A model generated the notes under the pieces. That model saw only the letters and a program-made list of their open reading frames with translations, was not told where the DNA came from and ran no database searches. From Candidatus Zixiibacteriota bacterium (lineage in GTDB: Bacteria; Zixibacteria; MSB-5A5; GN15; FEB-12), in the NCBI GenBank assembly GCA_041742355.1, contig JBGSIV010000185.1, positions 1-20,584 of the forward strand: a stretch of 20,584 bases of DNA. Direction: 5' to 3'. The stretch's first letter is position 1. Every line of letters begins with the position of its first letter. Position numbers and translations under genes: made by a program. Below are positions 1-6,106 of the stretch, piece after piece.

Positions 1-290
1 GCCTGACCTACTTCTGACCTACTTCCTAGCAAGAAGAGCACTCGTATCGGGCTGCCCACAGCAGAGCTGTGGGTTACCTGTTCAAGGAGCCTGACCTACT
101 TCCAAGAGCAGGGTTTGTTCGCGACCGCTCGGGGGTGACGCAAGGCCACCCCCTACGCGCAGACAGGGCTGACCGTTCTATGCGGACGCAAGGCCACCCC
201 CTACGCGGGCGGGGGACAATATGCGCAATCGACGGACATCCTGTGCGGGCACAGGGGCACCGCCGACGCGGGCGGGGGGCCATATCAGGC
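1..290 (-). repeat. Cluster of REP-like palindromes and fragments, truncated by the window edge
   Basis: CCTGACCTAC-type ends at 2-11, ~15-22 and ~90-99. Hairpin GCCCACAGCAGAGCTGTGGGTTACC at 54-78. GTAG-tagged hairpin GGGGGTGACGCAAGGCCACCCCCTAC at 131-156, with a partial copy at 185-204 and a decayed copy 63 bp further on. Confidence 0.8.
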
Positions 291-367
291 GATCGTAAGG
301 CCGTCCAATGTGGTCGAAGAGTCGTTTCATGCTGGCGCCGGGGATGTCGGTCGCGGCGTGACGCATC

Positions 368-1018
368 GCCTCGTTGGGTTCGTTTGCGCAGTAGTCGCTC
401 GTTTATTGCTTGTCTCCCAGTCGGGTTTCTCGGGGTCTTCGACCCCTCGGAATTCGACCTACGCCCAAGCCTCGTTGGGTTCGTCGGCGCAGTTTCGCCT
501 CTGCGTTCATAGCTCTCCCCTGTCTTTCTTTCTGAGAGGAACCCACCATGAATGGCGGGCCACCGGAGGGGGCACCGGAAATTGGGTTCGTTTGTGCAAT
601 TTGCCTGTTTCCGTGTTTGTCCGGCTGTCAGGCCGCAAGCGGCCTGACCTACATCTAACCTATGAATTGGGTTCGTTTGGTAACTCACGGCATACGGTAG
701 AATCAGGCTTGACTGGGCCCCGGGCCAAGCCCGGGGTGACAGGAGGGGGAACTGGGTTCGTGGGCGCGTTTTCACCGGGGGTTTGTTCGTGGCCGGTCTT
801 TCTGTCCTCGTGCGTATCCTCCTAGCATACGGAAGGGTCAGGCTTGACTGGGCCCCGGGCCAAGCCCGGGGTGACAGGAGGGGGAATTGGGGTCGTGGGC
901 GCGTTTTCACCGGGTGTTTGTTCGTGGCCGTACTTCCGGTCCTCGTGCAGGTCCTTCCGGTCGTCGTGCGTATCCGTGTCAGGCTCCAAGGAGCCTGACC
1001 TACGGGTTGGGTTCGTTT
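368..1018 (-). repeat. Array of seven TTGGGTTCGTTT-type boxes (AAACGAACCCAA on minus strand), each interval holding one palindrome
   Basis: Box cores start at 374, 475, 582, 667, 752, 887 and 1007 (spacings 101, 107, 85, 85, 135, 120). The copies at 374, 582, 667 and 1007 match the 12-mer exactly; those at 475, 752 and 887 are degenerate. 368-392 and 469-493 match at 23/25. Confidence 0.85.
690..975. repeat. 135-bp tandem duplication containing one hairpin and one box per unit
   Basis: 690-820 and 825-975 are near-identical (GCATACGG...CAGGCTTGACTGGGCCCCGGGCCAAGCCCGGGGTGACAGGAGGGGGAA...GTGCGTATCC). The second copy has an extra internal 21-bp duplication. Confidence 0.95.
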
Positions 1019-2003
1019 CATCAGGTTCAGGTTTTCGTTCCGGGTCGGGTTTCTCGGCGCGATGCTCCAAGGGACACGGCCGATTGATTTCCAAGTCGGG
1101 TTTCTCGGTGCGACGCGCCTGGGGACACGGCCCGTCAATTTCCAAGTCGGGTTTCTCGGCGCTTCGCGCCTCGGACCCCGACCTACGACAATCGGAATAC
1201 GGTTCGCTGCCAGAGGAACTGCTGCGGAGGAGGTTGACCAGTGCATCGGCCTGGGCCTGTTCTCGGGCGGCCTCACGGTTACGTTCACGGGTGCGGGTGC
1301 GGACATAGGTATCGAAGGCCCGGAAGCGGCGGGCCTGGAGGCGCTCGAAGCAATCAAGGGCGCGCTGGAGCTGGCGGTCGATGGTGGTCTCGTAACGCAG
1401 GAGGGGCAGGAAGATATCCGCGGTGGGCAGGGCGTACTCCTGCCGAGTTGACTGAGGCAATTCGGGGACGGGGGCGGGAGCAGGGCGACCGGGCTCGGCC
1501 GGGAGGGCAGAATCGGTCTTGAGGGCGGAATCGGTCCTGAGGGCAGAATCGGCGTGGAGGATGGGGTCAGCCGGGACGGGGGATTCGCCTCGTTCGGCGC
1601 GTTGGCGCTCGGCCTGCTTGCGTTTGCGGACACCTTCGATGAATCTCCAGAAGCGGTCCTCCTCGGCCTTCTGGTCGGGCTGCTGGGGCTGGTAGCGTGC
1701 GTGGATGGCCAACGCCTCGGCCCGAAGCACCCGCTTGAGCCGCCAGTAGCAGGAAGCGATGCGTTCGACCTGCATGTCCTCGAGGGTGCCGACGGGGCAG
1801 AGCTCGCTGATGAGGTCGTGCAGGAGGGAGTCGAACTCCTCGGGGGATTCATCGTGCTCTTTGCCCTCAAGGATGATCGATTTGGCCAGGAGGCCGTGTT
1901 TGAGGGCGTTCATGCGGCTTCGGGCTTTCCCCTCGGCGGTGCGGGGGCCGGTGGAGTGTTGGGCGTTGAGGCGGTTTTGGGCGGTGCGTTCGTCGGGGGT
2001 CAT
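822..2003 (-). CDS. Uncharacterised protein of the NAxxSTGPRTxEGKxxSxxNALKHGL family, with a low-complexity, repeat-derived C-terminal tail
   Basis: 393-aa ORF with ATG and an AGGAGG Shine-Dalgarno at 2009-2014. Carries recognisable conserved blocks: NAQHSTGPRTAEGKARSRMNALKHGLLA, PVGTLEDMQVERIASCYWRLKR and LLRYETTIDRQLQRALDCFERLQARR. No catalytic motif recognised. Confidence 0.85.
   Translation of the reverse strand: MTPDERTAQNRLNAQHSTGPRTAEGKARSRMNALKHGLLAKSIILEGKEHDESPEEFDSLLHDLISELCPVGTLEDMQVERIASCYWRLKRVLRAEALAIHARYQPQQPDQKAEEDRFWRFIEGVRKRKQAERQRAERGESPVPADPILHADSALRTDSALKTDSALPAEPGRPAPAPVPELPQSTRQEYALPTADIFLPLLRYETTIDRQLQRALDCFERLQARRFRAFDTYVRTRTRERNREAAREQAQADALVNLLRSSSSGSEPYSDCRRSGSEARSAEKPDLEIDGPCPQARRTEKPDLEINRPCPLEHRAEKPDPERKPEPDETNPTRRSGSLEPDTDTHDDRKDLHEDRKYGHEQTPGENAPTTPIPPPVTPGLARGPVKPDPSVC
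1044..1186 (-). repeat. In-frame 51-bp tandem repeat derived from a GTAG-tagged palindrome
   Basis: GTCGGGTTTCTCGG starts at 1044, 1095 and 1146. The third copy continues as the intact hairpin ending GACCTAC at 1186. Encodes AEKPDLEIDGPCPQARR / TEKPDLEINRPCPLEHR / AEKPD. Confidence 0.9.
1503..1552 (-). repeat. In-frame 18-bp tandem repeat (DSALRT/DSALKT/DSAL)
   Basis: GAGGGC(A/G)GAATCGG at 1503, 1521 and 1539. Confidence 0.9.
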
Positions 2004-2176
2004 GCGGTCCTCCTACGTAAGTGTTTCTACTAGTGCGGACCGACCCTCAATCTCCATCGGTTTGGGGTTGATTTTGTCGGGAGAGGGAATGTTAAGTGGT
2101 GAGGGATAATGGTGATGGAGGGAATACGGGAGAAAAGAGGTAGGCCCGGGGGGAGATAAGGGGAGGTTGACGAGTG

Positions 2177-3078
2177 TGTCAGGCGGGGTCGCCTGAGACC
2201 ACACGGACAAACAAGTCTGTCCGTGGCACAGAAGAGATGAGGAGGTGTCAGGCGGGGACACCTGGCAGCACGGTCATAAACGCACGCATTGGGCACGGGT
2301 CGGTCCCGGCACATGTGGACATGTGCCGGGCACAGTTGCGTCGGGTTTCTCGGGAGCTTCGCTCCCTCGGAACCCGACCTACGGATGATGAGGAGGTGTC
2401 AGGTGGGGACACCTGACACCACGATCAGAGAGGACTGGATCCCGGGTCAAGCCCGGGATGACAGTTTCCATACGTCGGTTCAGGTCCGGGTGTCGGTTTG
2501 GGTCTGGGTGTCGGTTTTGGTATAGGGGTCGGTATGGATTTGGGTGGCGGTTCTGTTCCCGGCGTCAGCGTTGAGTCACTGTCAGGCTGCAAGCAGCCTG
2601 ACCTACAGAGGGAGTATTCGTATCGAGTTGCCCGCAGCAGAGCTGCGGGTTACCTCTTCAATCGGGTATGGTATTTCGGTCTGCCCGCAGCAGAGCTGCG
2701 GGTTACCGGTGACCTCTTTGAGAGGCACGACCGCTGAAGGGTCGTGCCCTACGTCGGACCGGTTCACACGATACCGATCCCACAGCAAGCTGTCGGCGAC
2801 CTGGTACTCAATCCTTCCACCGATCCCACAGCAAGCTGTCGGCGACCCGCCTGTGGTACCGGTTGATTAGGTCAATGGCAGGAGTCTGAGGGACTCCTGC
2901 CCTACAAAATTCGTATGTCCCGTCAAAACACATGGCACGACCGCTAAAGGGTCGTGCCCTACTTCTACTCACCTACTCCTATTCACCGACAAGAGAGATG
3001 GCACGACCGCTGAAGGGTCGTGCCCTACTTCTTCTCTACTCCTTCTCAGTCAAACACGCAGAGCCGTGTTCGACCTAC
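2177..3078 (-). repeat. Dense mosaic cluster of about 17 co-oriented REP-like palindromes of several families
   Basis: Hairpins start at about 2177, 2202, 2244, 2305, 2340, 2395, 2435, 2581, 2630, 2683, 2724, 2779, 2825, 2877, 2934, 3000 and 3049. Examples: GGCACGACCGCT(G/A)AAGGGTCGTGCCCTAC x3 (2724, 2934, 3000); exact 29-bp repeat at 2773-2801 and 2819-2847; CTGGATCCCGGGTCAAGCCCGGGATGACA at 2435-2463. Confidence 0.92.
2474..2551. repeat. Degenerate hexamer-periodic tract (NNNGGT)13
   Basis: gtcggt tcaggt ccgggt gtcggt ttgggt ctgggt gtcggt tttggt ataggg gtcggt atggat ttgggt ggcggt. GTCGGT recurs every 18 bp for four copies. Confidence 0.85.
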
Positions 3079-3794
3079 CGTTTCAGCCGGAGGGTCAGGA
3101 AGACCCAGGGGCGGATCATCGACCACCAGCCGGTGAAGGGGCGGATTTTCGAATAGTCGCGGCCGGACTCGGGGTAGACCATCGAGACGGGAGCTTCAGT
3201 CACGCGCCAGCCGCGTTTGACGGCTTTCCAGTGGAGGTAGTACTCCATCTCGTAGCGGCCGAGCCAGTTCTGATCGATGTTGATCTCGGGGTCATTCACG
3301 ATCGCGAGGCGGTAGGCGCGGAAGCCGCAGGTGATGTCGGTGTGGCGTTTGCCGAGGAGGATCGAGGCGATCAGGGTGAAGGCCTTGATGCCGTAGTGGC
3401 GGCCCATGGGGAGGTTGGGGCTGTCGCCGCCGGTGAGGTAGCGGGAGCCCTGGACGTAGTCGGCCTGATCCTTGAGGATGGGATCGAGGAGGCGGGGGAT
3501 TTCTTCGGGGAGCATCTTGCCGTTGCCGGCCATGATGACGAGGATTTCGTGGCCGTGCTCGCGGGCATATTTCACGGCAGTGCGGATGCCGGCGCCGACG
3601 CCCCGGTTGTCGCCGTGGCGGATCACGGTATACCCGCATTTGACGAGGTAGTCGCCGGAGCCATCGGTGGAGCCATCGTCGACAAAGAGCAGGTCGTACA
3701 GGCGGTCTTTGGGGAAGCGGTCGAGGAGGACGCGGAGCTTCTCCCCTTCGTTGAAGGTGAGAACGGCGGTGAGGGTTTTGGGTGAGGTGGTCAT
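3075..3794 (-). CDS. Glycosyltransferase family 2, DPM1-like (polyprenol-phosphate glycosyltransferase type)
   Basis: 239 aa with motifs TFNE, VDDGSTDGS, HGDNRGVGAGIRTA, VQGSRY and DITCGFRAY. The DxD position reads MAGNGK rather than MDADG. Confidence 0.93.
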   Translation of the reverse strand: MTTSPKTLTAVLTFNEGEKLRVLLDRFPKDRLYDLLFVDDGSTDGSGDYLVKCGYTVIRHGDNRGVGAGIRTAVKYAREHGHEILVIMAGNGKMLPEEIPRLLDPILKDQADYVQGSRYLTGGDSPNLPMGRHYGIKAFTLIASILLGKRHTDITCGFRAYRLAIVNDPEINIDQNWLGRYEMEYYLHWKAVKRGWRVTEAPVSMVYPESGRDYSKIRPFTGWWSMIRPWVFLTLRLKR

Positions 3795-3809
3795 GGTTGT
3801 GGTTTGTGA

Positions 3810-4310
3810 GAGATTGCTTCGTCGCTAAAGCTCCTCGCAATGACAGGTCCTGAGCGTTCGCGTCGCGTCAATGTCATGACCGCGAGGGTCCTGACCTACA
3901 AAAAGAGCATTCATGTCGTGCTTTCCGCACTCATTTCTGGTTACGCGCGGAGGATACGGAGGTGTCAGGCGGGGTCGCCTGACACCACAGTCATACCTAT
4001 TTTTTCTCTCTGTCAAGCACGCAGAGCCGTGCTTGACCTACCGGTCCGTCACCCTTCGACTCCGCACACAGCCAGCGGGCTGGTTGGGTGACGTCGAGTC
4101 GGCTCACAGCCAGCGGGCTGGTTGGGTGACGGTGGCAGGAGTCTGGGGACTCCTGGCTCCGTTGTTCTTGTCACCTATCCCACGGCAAGCTGTGGGCGAC
4201 CCGGTCTGCAAGAAGAGCATTTGTATCGAGCTGCCCGCAGCAGAGCTGCGGGTTACCTGTTCATCTCACCCTGTTCATCTCAGCGATCCCACAGCAAGCT
4301 GTGGGCGACC
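3810..4310 (-). repeat. Second mosaic cluster of about 10 co-oriented REP-like palindromes
   Basis: GAGATTGCTTCGTCGCTAAAGCTCCTCGCAATGACA at 3810-3845. Further hairpins at 3873-3899, 3961-3988, 4012-4041, 4134-4160 (decayed), 4179-4201, 4233-4257 and 4288-4310. Exact 27-bp repeat at 4067-4093 and 4105-4131. Confidence 0.92.
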
Positions 4311-4376
4311 CAATATTCGGTCATCGTATCACCGGTCAGCGCCGTTCCCGCCGTTTCCTCCCTATCCTCTCCCCTG

Positions 4377-4982
4377 TCAGGATTCGCAGACGAGGCGGTC
4401 GCCATCGAGGCGGTACACCAAACCGCACTCGCACTCGATGTGGGCGGTGAGGCCGTGGGCTTTCGCGGGGGAGATCGATCCCGGGTCGATGTCGAGCCGT
4501 CGGGCGCACTTGCACACATAGCCAACCATGCGGGCCGGGTTGCCATACCACATGGTGAAGTCGGGGACCTCTTTAGTCACCACCGCGCCGGCGCCAACGA
4601 AGGCGCACTGGCCGATATCGTGGCCGGCTACTATCACAGCGTTGGCGCCGATCGTCGCGCCGCGTTTCACCAGGATGCGGTCGACCTGATCGTGGTAGAC
4701 CTTGCTGCGGGGGTGGATGTCGTTGGTGAAGACGGCGCAGGGGCCGATGAAGACGTCGTCTTCGATAGTGACGCCGTCCCAGAGGGCGACGCCGTTTTTA
4801 ATGGTGACGCGGTCGCCGACGACGACGTTGTTTTCGATGAAGCAGTGGTCGCAGATGTTGCAATCGGCCCCGATGGTGACATTCTTCTGGACGTTAGTGA
4901 AGGCCCAGATGCGGGTGTTGGCGCCGATGTTCTCGGAGGCGCAGAGGGCCTTATCGTGGACGAAGAACTTCTTCTCGTTCAT
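4377..4982 (-). CDS. Hexapeptide-repeat sugar N-acetyltransferase (WbpD/WlbB/WxcM-like)
   Basis: 201 aa left-handed beta-helix repeats (IGANTRIW, IGADCNICDHCFIE, VFIGPCAVFTND, GATIGANAVI, GAGAVVTKEVP, GNPAR) and a C-terminal CxC...CxCG. Confidence 0.92.
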   Translation of the reverse strand: MNEKKFFVHDKALCASENIGANTRIWAFTNVQKNVTIGADCNICDHCFIENNVVVGDRVTIKNGVALWDGVTIEDDVFIGPCAVFTNDIHPRSKVYHDQVDRILVKRGATIGANAVIVAGHDIGQCAFVGAGAVVTKEVPDFTMWYGNPARMVGYVCKCARRLDIDPGSISPAKAHGLTAHIECECGLVYRLDGDRLVCES

Positions 4983-4985
4983 ATG

Positions 4986-5996
4986 TCAGCTCAACTCAAT
5001 ACACTTGCCGTTGGCCTTGATCGACCGGTTGGCGGCCTCGAGGATGCGCACGACGCGGAGGCCGGCGTGACCATCGGTCATCGGGGCGCGGTTTTCGTTG
5101 ATCGACTTCACGAACTCGCCCGCCACTTTCTTGAGGGCTTCGGTCAGGTCGATCTTGGGGGCGAGCATATCACCGGTGCGGTATTCGACGAGGATGTTGT
5201 AGATGTGGTCTTTGTCGCGGACAACATCCATGCCCCGGTCGTAGACTTTGATTTTCTCGGATGGTTCCATATCGTCGTAGATGACCATCTTCTTCGAGCC
5301 GGAGAGCAGGGTCTTGCGGACTTTGACGGGGGCGAGCCAGTTGACATGGATGTGGCCGAGGAGGTTATTGTCGTAGAAGGCGGTGACGTAGGCGATGTTT
5401 TCGATGTCGCTCTCGAAGTGGGCGACGCCGGTGGCGGCGATCGCTTTGGGGGTGCGGTCCAGGAGGTAATCCATGATGGAGACATCGTGCGCGGCGAGAT
5501 CCCAGATCACGTTGACATCGTGCTGGAAGAGGCCGAGGTTGACGCGGACGGAGTCGAAGTAGTACAGGTCGCCGAGGTCGCCCCTGTCGACGAGGCGCTT
5601 GATGGCCTGGACCGCACCGGTGTAGAGAAAGGTGTGGTCGACCATGACGCGGAGGTTGCGCTTTTCGGCGGCTTCGATGAGGCGTTCGGCCTGCTCGACG
5701 GTGGCGGTGAACGGCTTTTCGAGGAAGAGGTGTTTGCCGTGCTCGAGGACATCCATGCCGAGCGAGAAGTGAGTCGAGACGGGGGTGGCGATCACGACGG
5801 CGTCGACATCGGGCGAGGTGATGATGTCGCGGGCATCGGTCGACAGGGTTTTGATCGTGGGAAACGGGCGGGCGATGGTGGTGAGCCGGTCGCGGCGGAG
5901 GTCAGCGACGGCGGTCACGCAGACATCCGGCATCGAAGCGAAGTTGCGGATGAGGTTGGGGCCCCAGTAACCGCAGCCGATGACACCTATGTTCAT
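4986..5996 (-). CDS. Gfo/Idh/MocA family NAD-dependent oxidoreductase (nucleotide-sugar dehydrogenase type)
   Basis: Rossmann motif IGVIGCGYWG, IATPVSTH, GKHLFLEKP and WDLAAHD. Start placed at the ATG at 5996, with an AGAGGA SD at 6004-6009; the ORF track's TTG at 6002 is the alternative. Confidence 0.95.
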   Translation of the reverse strand: MNIGVIGCGYWGPNLIRNFASMPDVCVTAVADLRRDRLTTIARPFPTIKTLSTDARDIITSPDVDAVVIATPVSTHFSLGMDVLEHGKHLFLEKPFTATVEQAERLIEAAEKRNLRVMVDHTFLYTGAVQAIKRLVDRGDLGDLYYFDSVRVNLGLFQHDVNVIWDLAAHDVSIMDYLLDRTPKAIAATGVAHFESDIENIAYVTAFYDNNLLGHIHVNWLAPVKVRKTLLSGSKKMVIYDDMEPSEKIKVYDRGMDVVRDKDHIYNILVEYRTGDMLAPKIDLTEALKKVAGEFVKSINENRAPMTDGHAGLRVVRILEAANRSIKANGKCIELS

Positions 5997-6017
5997 GAGC
6001 AATTCCTCTTACGCATC

Positions 6018-6026
6018 AGTATACCA
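6018..6026 (-). promoter_or_regulatory. Putative extended -10 promoter (TGgTATACT) for the oxidoreductase-acetyltransferase pair
   Basis: Minus strand reads TGGTATACT about 20 nt upstream of the start codon. No clear -35. Confidence 0.45.
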
Positions 6027-6106
6027 GCACCTGACCATCGGGCTTAAGCTGCATCAGGAAGATGTTGTACCGTCCGGTCTGTTTTCCCGCGGCCGGCGAG
6101 AGATCC

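Noticed and set aside
368..1018. CRISPR array interpretation of the box array and of the palindrome clusters
   Set aside because: The constant part is only about 12 bp, spacing is irregular (85-135 bp), intervals are themselves repeats, and no cas gene or leader is visible.
74..1870. 598-aa minus-strand ORF overlapping the hypothetical gene
   Set aside because: Ser/Pro/Arg-rich shadow frame with no recognisable motif; the conserved family motifs lie in the 822-2003 frame. A frameshifted extension through the array cannot be strictly excluded.
2040..2170. Promoter for the hypothetical gene in the purine-skewed upstream tract
   Set aside because: Strong strand asymmetry is visible, but no convincing -35/-10 pair on the minus strand could be assigned.
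2013..3156. Short ORFs within the palindrome cluster (e.g. MARPLKGRALLLL repeated, ELPAAELRVT)
   Set aside because: They are translations of repeated DNA hairpins, with no SD or protein-like composition.
2177..4310. Integron cassette array (attC sites)
   Set aside because: The hairpins lack RYYYAAC...GTTRRRY ends, are too short, mostly do not separate ORFs, and no integrase is present.
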